Assembly: GCA_036271955.1 (NCBI GenBank)
Contig: DATAZR010000046.1
Coordinates: forward strand, 2,738 to 66,737
Length of the DNA stretch: 64,000 nucleotides
Direction: 5' to 3'
Source of the DNA: Acidobacteriaceae bacterium
Lineage (GTDB): Bacteria; Acidobacteriota; Terriglobia; Terriglobales; Acidobacteriaceae
The notes under the pieces were generated by a model that saw only the letters and a list, made by a program, of their open reading frames with translations, was not told the origin of the DNA and did no database searches. This document shows positions 37,487 to 46,776 of this stretch, piece after piece (position 1 is the first letter of the stretch; each line of letters starts with the position of its first letter). The position numbers and the translations under genes are program-made.

Positions 37487-38500
37487 ATGCCCCCAGTCGT
37501 ATCGAATCTCGTTCAGGACTCCGAGTCCGCAGTCGCCACCCAATCCGTAGTTGCGGCCCCGCCCGCTCCAGCCACCAGCCGTTCCACCAAGGCTGCCCGT
37601 ACGCCCGCCGGCGAAGAGCTTCGCATGGGCCGGGAAGCCAATGATGGCGGCATCAACTGGACCACGGCCGGCTTTATCGCCGCTTTCCACATTGGCGCGC
37701 TGGCTGCGCTTTTCTATTTCAGCTGGAGCCGCCTGGCAGTAGCAGCAGTCCTCTGGCTGTTGGCGATCAACTTCGGAATCGGCGTCTGCTATCATCGGCT
37801 GCTCACGCATCGCGGCTTCCAGACTCCCAAGTGGGTCGAGTATCTGCTGACCATCTGCGCCACGCTCTCGCTCGAGGGCGGACCGATCTTCTGGGTGGCC
37901 GTGCATCGCGTCCATCACCAGCACAGCGATCATGCCGGCGACCCGCACACACCGAAAGAAGGCCCGTGGTGGGCGCACATCGGCTGGATGGTGCTGGGCA
38001 AGTCCATGCACGCCAAGACTTCCGCGCTGGCTCGCTACGTTCCCGATCTCGCCCGCGACCGCTTCCATGTCTGGATGAGCAAGTATCACTGGGTCACACT
38101 AGTCGCCTCCGGAGTGGCTCTGCTAGGCCTCGGATCGTGGATTGACCACGGCATCATGGGCGGCGTCAAGATGGTCCTCTGGGGTGTCTTCCTTCGCGTA
38201 ACTCTAGGATTGCACGCGACTTGGCTAGTGAACTCCGCGACCCATCTGTGGGGCAGCCGCCGTTTTGAGACCCGCGACGACTCCCGCAACAGCTTCTGGG
38301 TGGCGATGATCACCGGCGGTGAAGGCTGGCACAACAACCACCACGCCCACCCTGTTTCCGCCCGTCACGGACTCACCTGGTACGAGTTCGACCCGAACTT
38401 CTACCTGATCTGGATGCTTTCGAAGCTTGGTCTGGCCCGCAAGATTCAGGTAGCGCGGTACGACAAGGCCAACCCCAAGCCAGCTGGGTCGGCGCACTAA
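37487..38500 (+). CDS. Delta-9-type acyl-lipid/acyl-CoA fatty acid desaturase
   Basis: His boxes HRLLTH, HRVHH and GEGWHNNHH; start at MPPVV. Confidence 0.93.
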   Translation: MPPVVSNLVQDSESAVATQSVVAAPPAPATSRSTKAARTPAGEELRMGREANDGGINWTTAGFIAAFHIGALAALFYFSWSRLAVAAVLWLLAINFGIGVCYHRLLTHRGFQTPKWVEYLLTICATLSLEGGPIFWVAVHRVHHQHSDHAGDPHTPKEGPWWAHIGWMVLGKSMHAKTSALARYVPDLARDRFHVWMSKYHWVTLVASGVALLGLGSWIDHGIMGGVKMVLWGVFLRVTLGLHATWLVNSATHLWGSRRFETRDDSRNSFWVAMITGGEGWHNNHHAHPVSARHGLTWYEFDPNFYLIWMLSKLGLARKIQVARYDKANPKPAGSAH

Positions 38501-38520
38501 AGACAATTTCAGTTCATAGA

Positions 38521-38553
38521 AAAAGGCCGCTTTCCTTCAGGGAAGCGGCCTTT
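38521..38553. terminator. Rho-independent terminator (bidirectional)
   Basis: AAAAGGCCGCTTTCC-TTCA-GGGAAGCGGCCTTT between convergent genes. Confidence 0.75.
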
Positions 38554-38569
38554 GCATTGATGGGAACAA

Positions 38570-38650
38570 CCGCAATCGCCGACGGAGAAAATGCAATCCC
38601 CGGCACGACTTTGTGCAATCGGTGACATGCCAACGTGCAATCCGTGGCGG
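38570..38650. repeat. Four phased direct repeats GCAATC-SSY-GRC, period 21/22/22 bp
   Basis: GCAATC at 38572, 38593, 38615 and 38637, each followed by 3 nt and then GAC or GGC. Confidence 0.6.
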
Positions 38651-38654
38651 GAAT

Positions 38655-39173
38655 CTAGCGCCCGATTTCCCGCAAATAAATCTCAGTGTAGTCGAGGTAG
38701 TTCTTGGCATAGGTCAGGATCAGCTCCCGATCCTTGTCCCCAAGCTCGCGCCTCATCTTGGCCGGGACGCCCGCCCACAGCGTTCGCGGCGGCACGATCG
38801 TCCCTTCCGGCACGACGGCTCCAGCGGCAATGATCGAGCCCTCGCCGATCCGGGCGTTGTTCAGGACGACGACTCCCATGCCGATCAGGACAGCATCCTC
38901 GACCACGCATCCGTGGACTGTGGCGTTATGGCCAATGGTGACCCAATCCCCGACGGTGACGGAATAGAGGTATCGCTGTCCGTGGAGCACCGCGCAATCC
39001 TGCACATTGGAGTTGTTGCCGACGCGGATCGAGTTCACATCGCCGCGCAGGACGGCATTCATCCAGACGCTGGTTTTTTCGCCCAGCTCCACATCGCCGA
39101 TAACCTGCGCCGAGAGATCGACATAACTGCCATCCGGCACGACCGGATGCTTTCCCTGATAACTGCGAATCAT
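38655..39173 (-). CDS. Gamma-carbonic-anhydrase family protein (YrdA/CaiE-like)
   Basis: LRGDVN, NVQD..VLH and IGHNATVHGC, with hexapeptide repeats. Confidence 0.93.
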   Translation of the reverse strand: MIRSYQGKHPVVPDGSYVDLSAQVIGDVELGEKTSVWMNAVLRGDVNSIRVGNNSNVQDCAVLHGQRYLYSVTVGDWVTIGHNATVHGCVVEDAVLIGMGVVVLNNARIGEGSIIAAGAVVPEGTIVPPRTLWAGVPAKMRRELGDKDRELILTYAKNYLDYTEIYLREIGR

Positions 39174-39257
39174 ATTTTAAGTGCCTCCAGCGGCACATCT
39201 TTCTCAGTGTATTCGACGGGAATCCATGACGATGGAATAGGGGATATTGCCGCGCTC

Positions 39258-40082
39258 CTACAGCGTCTGGCCAATCTGGGACTTGATACTTCGGGATCGC
39301 ATGAATTCATGCTTGTCTAACGCCAGCACGTCGCGGACGAAAACAATCAGCGCCGCGAGGGAGACGTCAACTTGATGCACATCCTCCAGGCTTCGCCTGT
39401 AGAGCTTGAAATAGACGTCGCACAGCGTCAGGAACCAGGCGCGCTCTGCGTCGCTGGTCATGGCCTCGCAGAACTCGCGGTAATTCATCACATCGCCGGT
39501 TTTGCTGGTGACCGAAGCGCCGGTCGAATCCTGCGCGACGTCGTAGAATTCGAGAACCTCCAGGCTATCTCTCACGCGGTCGAGATGCTGCAGCAGCTCA
39601 ATGCCTCTGCCTTCAAGATCCGAGGGGATGCGAAGCCTGATCCGGGTCGCGTGCCACAAATAGCTCGCCGTGATGTACAAGCTGGAAACCGCGTCGTAAC
39701 CGGCTCCTCCGCTGTGCATCGCGAGTTGCCGTTTCCTGTCTTCGGCGGTCTCGCCGAATTTGGATTCGGTGACGTACTCTTTGCATTGCCAGAACCAGAA
39801 ACGGAGACGGTAGTCGTTTGGGTCGTTCATTTCGGGCTCCGGCCTCGTGTCGTCTTTCTCCTTTTGCAGTACGCCCATGATGTGGACCAGCTTGGCGCGC
39901 AGTTCGACGGCAATCATCAGAATAGGATAGAGATACTGAATGCGGATCGCCGCCTCGGATTTTTTCAGTTCCGATTTTCGGTCGAGAGAGGCTTTGTAAT
40001 ACGCCCCAATGGCTCCGGAGAATATGCCCGCGATGGCGCCGGCTGCCAGCAGCAGAAGTTGAGATGTAAGGTCGTTTTTCAT
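39258..40082 (-). CDS. Hypothetical protein with N-terminal TM helix
   Basis: GGAGG SD before MKNDL; one TM helix followed by a helical soluble domain; family not recognised. Confidence 0.7.
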   Translation of the reverse strand: MKNDLTSQLLLLAAGAIAGIFSGAIGAYYKASLDRKSELKKSEAAIRIQYLYPILMIAVELRAKLVHIMGVLQKEKDDTRPEPEMNDPNDYRLRFWFWQCKEYVTESKFGETAEDRKRQLAMHSGGAGYDAVSSLYITASYLWHATRIRLRIPSDLEGRGIELLQHLDRVRDSLEVLEFYDVAQDSTGASVTSKTGDVMNYREFCEAMTSDAERAWFLTLCDVYFKLYRRSLEDVHQVDVSLAALIVFVRDVLALDKHEFMRSRSIKSQIGQTL

Positions 40083-40371
40083 GTGCAAGCCTCCGCGCCG
40101 CCGCTTTGGATGCGGCTCGCGCACCTCATCCGCCGGCTGCCGGTTCGTATGTTCGGATGGAGAACTGAGATTAGCAATTTGCATCGAAAGATGCACGCAG
40201 TTTAGAGCGGCTGCCGGGAACTGCCGTGCGATCCCGACGGCACACTTCCGTAAGTGTTTGCGCAGGCGACAGTTGCGCCTGAAAAGGGTAAAACTCGGTC
40301 AAACTCGCGGAAACTCAGGAAATCACGTATCCTGATAAGAGCCATTAGGCAGGTCAGGGGGTGTATTCAAT

Positions 40372-40569
40372 TTGGCAGAGGTTCGTGTGCAAGAAGGCGA
40401 GCCGCTTGAGAATGCGCTCCGCCGGTTTAAGCGGAAGGTTCAGCAGGAAGACATCATCAAGGAAGTCAAACGTCACTCCTACTACCTGAAGCCCGGTGAA
40501 AAGCGTCGCGTCAAGGAAGCATTGGCGCGTAAGCGGAATCGTAAGAAGGCTCGTAAAGAGCAAGACTAA
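40372..40569 (+). CDS. rpsU: 30S ribosomal protein S21
   Basis: E.LE.ALRRFKRK...YYLKPGEKRR; TTG start. Confidence 0.97.
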   Translation: MAEVRVQEGEPLENALRRFKRKVQQEDIIKEVKRHSYYLKPGEKRRVKEALARKRNRKKARKEQD

Positions 40570-40976
40570 TCTTTAGCTATTCGGCGACTTATTCTCCGTA
40601 ACTTGAGACGAAGCGCTACAATAAGCAACTAGCTCGAATTCAAGCTGCTCCGTTTCATGCCCCGGCTGGCCAGGTTTGCAGCCGGGGTATCGATTCCCAA
40701 GCGGCCGATCATCAGATCGGTCCTGGCAGGGTCGAGAATTTCGAAACGGATTCCAGCTTTCTTACCATTGATCGTTTAACCCATCGCGCAACCCCACCAC
40801 CCACGCGATGAAAATTCCGGTTTGCCGATCCTGGCAGACTTTGGATTCGCCGCTACTTATCTGGTACGGCTCGGGCCCCAGTCGTGAATTACGTGTTGTG
40901 ATTCTGGCGATCGGCTAACGAGCTGCCACGGAGTTTCGTGCGGCATCCGGCCTCGCCTGCGATCAGAAGGCCGGAG

Positions 40977-41252
40977 ATGGATTTCCAGGATCGGGTGTTG
41001 AAGTGTGTCGTTTGCGGGAAAGAATTCATTTTCACCGCCGACGAGCAGCGCTTCTTTAAAGCCAAAGGCTTCGTCAACGACCCCAAACACTGCAAAGAGT
41101 GCAAGGCCAAGCGGGCTGCGAGCAATCCGCGGCGTCGGCCTGAAACTCGTACCGTGTGCGCGCAATGCGGCACGGAGACCACGGTGCCATTCCTGCCCAA
41201 CCAGGGTCGGCCTGTGCTATGCCGGGCTTGCTTTGAGAAGGAAACGATCTGA
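40977..41252 (+). CDS. Zinc-ribbon protein (zf-trcl plus CxxC-x17-CxxC)
   Basis: D..L.C..CG..F.FT..EQ.FF..KGF.N.P..C..C and C..CG....VPF.P..GRPV.C..CF. Confidence 0.88.
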   Translation: MDFQDRVLKCVVCGKEFIFTADEQRFFKAKGFVNDPKHCKECKAKRAASNPRRRPETRTVCAQCGTETTVPFLPNQGRPVLCRACFEKETI

Positions 41253-41316
41253 CGGCTGGAGCATCTTTGGTGGAGGCGAAGGAAGACCTCGGCCTCGCGG
41301 GTCTCTTCTAAATTCT

Positions 41317-42093
41317 TTAATTCACATCGTTAGCCACATAGACCTGCACCGGCTGTGTCGTAAGCTGCGGATCGACAATTAGTACAGTTCGCACTTCGCC
41401 GCCCACCAGCGGCAGCGCGGCTGAGGTGTAAATGGTGGTGACATCGTCCATCAGCGTGGTGCCGGTAGGCGCAATGACCATGTAGAGGGTCGAAGAGGGG
41501 ATGGTCACATAGCCGGAAGTGGCTCCCACTGCGAGGCCGGTGATGATTGGCTTGGCGGTAGCGAAGACGGTGTTCGAAGTTCCGGCTAGAAAGTACACAT
41601 CGACAGGACCGGTTGATGGCGCCTGGTTCAGCAGGCGGAACTCGGAATGCCCGGCGGGCGCGGGGTCGGTTTGATCCTCAAGCACCGCCACCTGGTACTT
41701 AGCGCCGAGGTCGGAGATAAGCGCCGACTGGCTGGTGCCGGCGAGTAGCGATGTATTGGCGCTGGCCAGCGCCGTTGTGTTGGTGGCAGCGGTGACCTTG
41801 ACCACGGCGTTGTTGGTGGGCTTGAGACTGGCGTAGCTGGTAATGGTTCCCTCGGCCAGATTGTTGCCCAGTAATGCTCCCTCAACGTACAAATTGACGG
41901 CTGTATTTGCGGCATTGGCAGAGGCATCGATAATGCGCAGCTGGCTCACGGCCGTCGATCCAGAGATCGTCTGGCAGCCGGAGAGCACGAGCGAGGCTGC
42001 GACACACAGAGCAGAGGCGGCAAGGAGTGTTGGCAGTGTCAGCGGCCTGCGGGGCGAAAGCTCATCTGCGAGTTGCGGAAAGCGCTTCGTCAT
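41317..42093 (-). CDS. DUF4397-like lipoprotein
   Basis: LSGC lipobox; two beta repeats (LRIIDAS / FRLLNQAP..GPVDVY). Confidence 0.75.
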   Translation of the reverse strand: MTKRFPQLADELSPRRPLTLPTLLAASALCVAASLVLSGCQTISGSTAVSQLRIIDASANAANTAVNLYVEGALLGNNLAEGTITSYASLKPTNNAVVKVTAATNTTALASANTSLLAGTSQSALISDLGAKYQVAVLEDQTDPAPAGHSEFRLLNQAPSTGPVDVYFLAGTSNTVFATAKPIITGLAVGATSGYVTIPSSTLYMVIAPTGTTLMDDVTTIYTSAALPLVGGEVRTVLIVDPQLTTQPVQVYVANDVN

Positions 42094-42194
42094 AGGCTCC
42101 TGCCAGTTTAAGGCCTCTTTCCACGCTTGTCGCCCAGTATGGACGAAGCAAGGTCAATGCCACGAACCATTTCCCGCACCGGACTCCATAGGAC

Positions 42195-43514
42195 TCAACT
42201 CGCCGACAGATAGAGGAAGCGCACCAGGAAGAGCGCAGCGAGCACATAGAGTAACCAGTCCTTGCGGCTGAACTTACCGGCTGCCAGATGCAGGACTGCC
42301 CACGCGATGATTCCAAAGCCGAGGCCGTTGGCGATCGAGTAGGTCAGCGGAATCAGGATGACCGTAAGAAACGCCGGCACCGCGACCAGCGGCTCTGTCC
42401 AGCGGATCTCGGTGACCGTGGTGAGCATCATGGAGCCGACCAGGATGAGCGCCGGAGCAGTCGCAGCGCTGGGCACGATGCCGATAAACGGCGCGGCGAC
42501 CATGGCAATAAGAAACATGAGGCCGGTGACAATAGCGGTAACGCCGCTACGTCCGCCTGCCGCCACTCCGGCGGTTGATTCGACGTAGCTGGTGACAGTG
42601 GAGGTGCCGGTGAGCGAGCCGGCCACGGTAGCTACAGCGTCCGAAAACAGGATGCGATTAAGCCGGGGAATCGAGTGATCCTGCGACAGCAGCCCGGCGC
42701 GCTTGGTGACCGCGACCAGCGTGCCGAGGTTGTCGAAGAGATCGACAAAGAAGAAGACGAAGACAATCTCGGCGAACCCCTTGTGAATCGCACCAAGAAT
42801 ATCGAGTTTGAAGGCTGTAGCTGTGAGACTCGCCACGCCGCCATCAGTATGTGTCCAATGGGTGAGGCCAAGCGCCCATGCCGCGGCTGTCACCGTAAGC
42901 ACACCGATGAGGATGGAACCTCGGACCTTCCAGATTTCCAGCGTGACCATGATTGCCAGGCCTAGCAGAGCCAATGCTGTCGACGTGTCCTTGATATGAC
43001 CCAGCTTGACGAAGTTGTCGGGGTCGGCGACAACCAGGCCCGCGCTCTTAAGGCCAATGAAGGCGATAAAGAGTCCGATGCCGCACGCGACAGCGGCGTA
43101 GAGCTCCTGTGGGATGGACTTCAGGATCAACTGGCGGATGCCGAAGGCAGTAAGCAACAGGAAGACGACACCGGAAAGGAAGACAGCACCAAGGGCGGTT
43201 TGCCACGGAATGCCCATCTGTTTGCAAACCGTGTAAGTGAAGTAAGCATTGAGCCCCATGCCTGGCGCCAGGGCGAGCGGATAGCGCGCCACGATGCCCA
43301 TCAGGATCGACCCGAAGGCGGCGGAGAGGCAGGTTGCCGCAGTGACCGCGGGCAGCGGCATTCCGGTTTGCGACAGGATGGCGGGATTGACCAGGACGAT
43401 ATACGCCATGGTCAGGAAGGTGGTCACGCCGGCGAGGAGTTCCGTACGCCAGTTGGTGCCCAGGCGCGAGAATTCAAAATAGCGTTCAAGCTGCTTCAGC
43501 GCAGGTGTCAGCAT
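42195..43514 (-). CDS. NCS2/AzgA-family purine (guanine/hypoxanthine) permease
   Basis: TELLAGVTTFLTMAYI..NP.IL, APGMGLNAYF, DLFD..GT, YVES..GV..GGRSG and PLTYSIA.G. Confidence 0.93.
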   Translation of the reverse strand: MLTPALKQLERYFEFSRLGTNWRTELLAGVTTFLTMAYIVLVNPAILSQTGMPLPAVTAATCLSAAFGSILMGIVARYPLALAPGMGLNAYFTYTVCKQMGIPWQTALGAVFLSGVVFLLLTAFGIRQLILKSIPQELYAAVACGIGLFIAFIGLKSAGLVVADPDNFVKLGHIKDTSTALALLGLAIMVTLEIWKVRGSILIGVLTVTAAAWALGLTHWTHTDGGVASLTATAFKLDILGAIHKGFAEIVFVFFFVDLFDNLGTLVAVTKRAGLLSQDHSIPRLNRILFSDAVATVAGSLTGTSTVTSYVESTAGVAAGGRSGVTAIVTGLMFLIAMVAAPFIGIVPSAATAPALILVGSMMLTTVTEIRWTEPLVAVPAFLTVILIPLTYSIANGLGFGIIAWAVLHLAAGKFSRKDWLLYVLAALFLVRFLYLSAS

Positions 43515-43590
43515 GGATAAGCCAAGCAAACCACAACCTTGCCGATTCCCCAAGCGATTTCATACGAGCCCGTAGTTTGACCCGCCTTCT

Positions 43591-43619
43591 TTGACCCTTT
43601 CGCGCCGAGCCTCTATAGT
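43591..43619 (+). promoter_or_regulatory. Sigma70 promoter of the riboswitch-metE operon
   Basis: TTGACC-17 bp-TATAGT immediately upstream of the riboswitch. Confidence 0.7.
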
Positions 43620-43625
43620 GAAGAC

Positions 43626-43795
43626 ACTTCCGGTGTCTGGGCTCTGCGCTCAGACTGAAAAGGGAATCCGGTGTAAATCCGGAACTGCCCCGCAGCGGTA
43701 AGCAGGAACGAAAGCTCCATCAAAAGCACTGGTTCAGCCTTTGAACTGGGAAGCTGGAGCGAGTAGGCGGCCTGCAAGTCCGAAGACCTGCCGAG
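43626..43795 (+). promoter_or_regulatory. Cobalamin (AdoCbl) riboswitch
   Basis: AAAAGGGAATCCGGTGTAAATCCGGAACTGCCCCGCAGCGGTAA ... CACTG ... GGGAAG ... B12 box AAGTCCGAAGACCTGCC; upstream of metE. Confidence 0.95.
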
Positions 43796-43914
43796 AGTCG
43801 TGCTCGATACGAGCGCGCAATGCACACGCCTCCGAGGGGAGGGCCGGGTGAGCGCAGGCGTCCGTCTATACGCTGTTTCTCCCTGCCTGAAATCTGGAGG
43901 CCGAAAGGTCTTCT

Positions 43915-44355
43915 ATGCAGCAAGCGGCTTTGCGTGTTCCCGCGCCTGTGACTATGCCCGCTGTGACGATGATTGAAATGGTCTTCCCCGACCAGACCAA
44001 TCACTACGGCACTTTATTCGGCGGTCATGCGCTTCGCTTGATGGACAAGGCTGCCTTCGTTGCCGCATCGCGCCACGCACGTAGCGCTGTGGTGACGGCC
44101 TGCTCCGAGCGCATCGATTTCAAGAACGCTGCCCATCATGGAAACCTCATCGAGCTTACTGCCCGCGTTGTGGCCACGGGGCGCACTTCGATGACCGTGG
44201 CGGTCGACCTTCACGCCGAAGACCTGCTGACCGGCGAGCGGCTTTTGTGTGCGGAGGGGCGATTTGTGCTGGTGTCGCTCGATGCGGATGGAAAGCCTGC
44301 TCCGGTCAGCCCAATTGAAACCGAGTCGATTGAAGTTCAGGCAATAGAGGCTTAG
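43915..44355 (+). CDS. Hotdog-fold acyl-CoA thioesterase (YciA-like)
   Basis: VFP...NHYGTLFGG....MDKAA, VVTA....IDF, GRTSM.V and F.LV.LD..GKP.PV. Confidence 0.9.
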   Translation: MQQAALRVPAPVTMPAVTMIEMVFPDQTNHYGTLFGGHALRLMDKAAFVAASRHARSAVVTACSERIDFKNAAHHGNLIELTARVVATGRTSMTVAVDLHAEDLLTGERLLCAEGRFVLVSLDADGKPAPVSPIETESIEVQAIEA

Positions 44356-44405
44356 GCAACAGAAATTCAACAGTCACTTTTTTGAATTGAGAAATGGAGT
44401 TAGCA

Positions 44406-46718
44406 ATGAGCGTGAGTGGTGCAAGCAATCTTGGTTTTCCACGAATGAGCAAACGGCGCGAGCTGAAGTTTGCGCTGGAGAAGTATTGGGCTGGTGAGTT
44501 AAGCCCTGACGAGTCGAGCAAAGAAGCGCTGCTGGAGACAGCGCGCACTCTTCGCGAAACGCATTGGAAGCTGCAGAGGGAGGCCGGCATTGCGCTGCCG
44601 CCTTCGAACGATTTCTCACTCTACGATCATGTGCTGGATATGGCGGTGACGCTGGGCGCTGTGCCGGAGCGTTTTGAGAATGGGCGGACTGGGCCGGTGA
44701 CGCTGGCGACATACTTCGCCATGGCGCGCGGATCGAAAACAGCAACGGCGCAGGAGATGACCAAGTGGTTCGATACCAACTACCACTACGTCGTGCCGGA
44801 GTTCGAGCCCGGAATGCAATATCAGCTGCGCTCGATGAAGGTGCTCAACGAGTATCTCGAAGCGAAGTCCATGGGCATCGAGACGCGCCCGGTGCTGCTC
44901 GGCCCTGTATCGTTCGTCCTTCTGGGCAAGCCGACGGATGAGTCGGTCTCGCGCGAGAGTGTGCTCAAGGCGATTCTGCCACTCTATCGCGAACTGCTGA
45001 TGCGGCTGTCTGCAGCCGGCGCAGACTGGATTCAGATCGATGAGCCATGCCTCTGTCTCGATCTGGATGCGGCGGCTCATCAGCTCTATCGCGAAGCCTA
45101 CGCTGAGCTTCGTGGCGAAACAGTGAAGCTGATGCTGACCACGTATTTTGGCGAACTGGGCCCAAATCTAGATCTGGCTCTTGAGCTTGGAACTGCGGGG
45201 CTGCACGTGGATCTCGTTCGTGGGCCGCAACAATTAGCTGCGTTGTTAGCTAAGACGAATCTGCCTGAAAAGCTCTCACTGGGGCTTGTGGATGGACGCA
45301 ACATCTGGCGCACCGATATTCAAGCTGCGCTCGCTCCGCTGCAGGCTGCGATTCAAGCGATAGGCAAAGATCGTATCGAGGTTGCTCCATCGTGTTCGCT
45401 GTTGCACTCGCCGGTCGATCTCGACGCCGAGACAAAGCTCGACAGCGAGGTGCTTAGCTGGATGGCGTTTGCCAGGCAGAAGCTCGCCGAGGTCGCCCTG
45501 TTGGCTAAGGCAATTGACGGCACGGATCGGATTCAGGATGCGCTTGAGGAAAATAAATGGCTGGTAGCGTCGAGAAAAAGTTCGCCGCGCATCCACAAGC
45601 AGGAGGTTGCAGCCGCGCTGGCAGCAATCGACGAAGGCATGGCCAGCAGAAAGAGCGCTTATCCGACACGGCGTGAGAAGCAAAGCGAAGCGCTTGCCCT
45701 GCCTTTGCTTCCAACGACAACCATAGGCTCGTTTCCGCAGACGCCTGAGGTGCGCAAAATGCGTGCGGGATTCCGCGCAGGCAAGATCGATGCCGCCACA
45801 TACGAGAAATTCATCGAGGAAGAGACGGAGCGCTGCATTCGCTTTCAGGAATCGGTGGGACTCGACGTGTTGGTGCATGGTGAGTTTGAGCGCAACGACA
45901 TGGTTGAGTATTTCGGCGAGCAGTTGGATGGCTTCGTCTTCAGCGAGAACGGCTGGGTGCAGAGCTATGGATCGCGTTGCGTGAAGCCGCCGATTATCTT
46001 TGGCGATGTATCGCGGCCGCATCCCATGACAGTGCGCTGGTCGCGCTATGCGCAGTCTCTGACAGAAAAGCTGATGAAAGGAATGCTGACTGGCCCGGTC
46101 ACCATTCTGCAATGGTCGTTTGTGCGTGACGATCAGCCTCGCTCGCAGACCTGCAACCAGATAGCGCTGGCTATTCGCGATGAAGTTCGCGATCTTGAAG
46201 CGGCCGGCATTCGCATCATTCAGATCGATGAGCCGGCCATTCGCGAAGGGCTGCCGCTACGCCGCAAGGACTGGCCCGCGTATCTCGATTGGAGCGTCAA
46301 GGCTTTTCGCATTGCAGCTTCGGGCGTGGAAGACGAGACGCAGATTCACACCCACATGTGCTACTCGGAGTTCAACGACATGATCGACTCGATTGTGGCG
46401 ATGGATGCCGATGTGATCTCGATCGAGTGCTCGCGCTCACGCATGGAACTGCTCGACGCGTTTCACCGCGTGCGCTATCCCAACGAGATCGGGCCGGGCG
46501 TCTACGACATCCACTCGCCGCGCGTCCCGGAAGATGGGGAGATCGAGCACCTGCTGCACAAGGCGCTCGAAGTTCTCACGCTCGAGCAGCTGTGGGTCAA
46601 TCCGGACTGCGGCTTGAAGACCCGCGGCTGGACAGAAGTGAAAGCAGCGCTCGAAAACATGGTGGAGACAACGGCCAAATTACGCGCGTCGCTGGCGGCA
46701 TCGGTTTCCGCCAGATAA
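44406..46718 (+). CDS. metE: Cobalamin-independent methionine synthase
   Basis: LGFPR, EMTKWFDTNYHY, TTTIGSFPQT, HGEFERNDMVEYFGE, Zn ligands IHTHMC and WVNPDCGLKTR. Confidence 0.98.
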   Translation: MSVSGASNLGFPRMSKRRELKFALEKYWAGELSPDESSKEALLETARTLRETHWKLQREAGIALPPSNDFSLYDHVLDMAVTLGAVPERFENGRTGPVTLATYFAMARGSKTATAQEMTKWFDTNYHYVVPEFEPGMQYQLRSMKVLNEYLEAKSMGIETRPVLLGPVSFVLLGKPTDESVSRESVLKAILPLYRELLMRLSAAGADWIQIDEPCLCLDLDAAAHQLYREAYAELRGETVKLMLTTYFGELGPNLDLALELGTAGLHVDLVRGPQQLAALLAKTNLPEKLSLGLVDGRNIWRTDIQAALAPLQAAIQAIGKDRIEVAPSCSLLHSPVDLDAETKLDSEVLSWMAFARQKLAEVALLAKAIDGTDRIQDALEENKWLVASRKSSPRIHKQEVAAALAAIDEGMASRKSAYPTRREKQSEALALPLLPTTTIGSFPQTPEVRKMRAGFRAGKIDAATYEKFIEEETERCIRFQESVGLDVLVHGEFERNDMVEYFGEQLDGFVFSENGWVQSYGSRCVKPPIIFGDVSRPHPMTVRWSRYAQSLTEKLMKGMLTGPVTILQWSFVRDDQPRSQTCNQIALAIRDEVRDLEAAGIRIIQIDEPAIREGLPLRRKDWPAYLDWSVKAFRIAASGVEDETQIHTHMCYSEFNDMIDSIVAMDADVISIECSRSRMELLDAFHRVRYPNEIGPGVYDIHSPRVPEDGEIEHLLHKALEVLTLEQLWVNPDCGLKTRGWTEVKAALENMVETTAKLRASLAASVSAR

Positions 46719-46776
46719 GCGATGCATCACGAGCGCCGTTTCTAAAGCGGCTTTCTCGCTGTTAACGCTCCGTCAG

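Noticed and set aside
38570-38650. CRISPR array
   Set aside because: Repeats are about 12 bp and degenerate with a 22-bp period, far too short for CRISPR; no cas genes are present.
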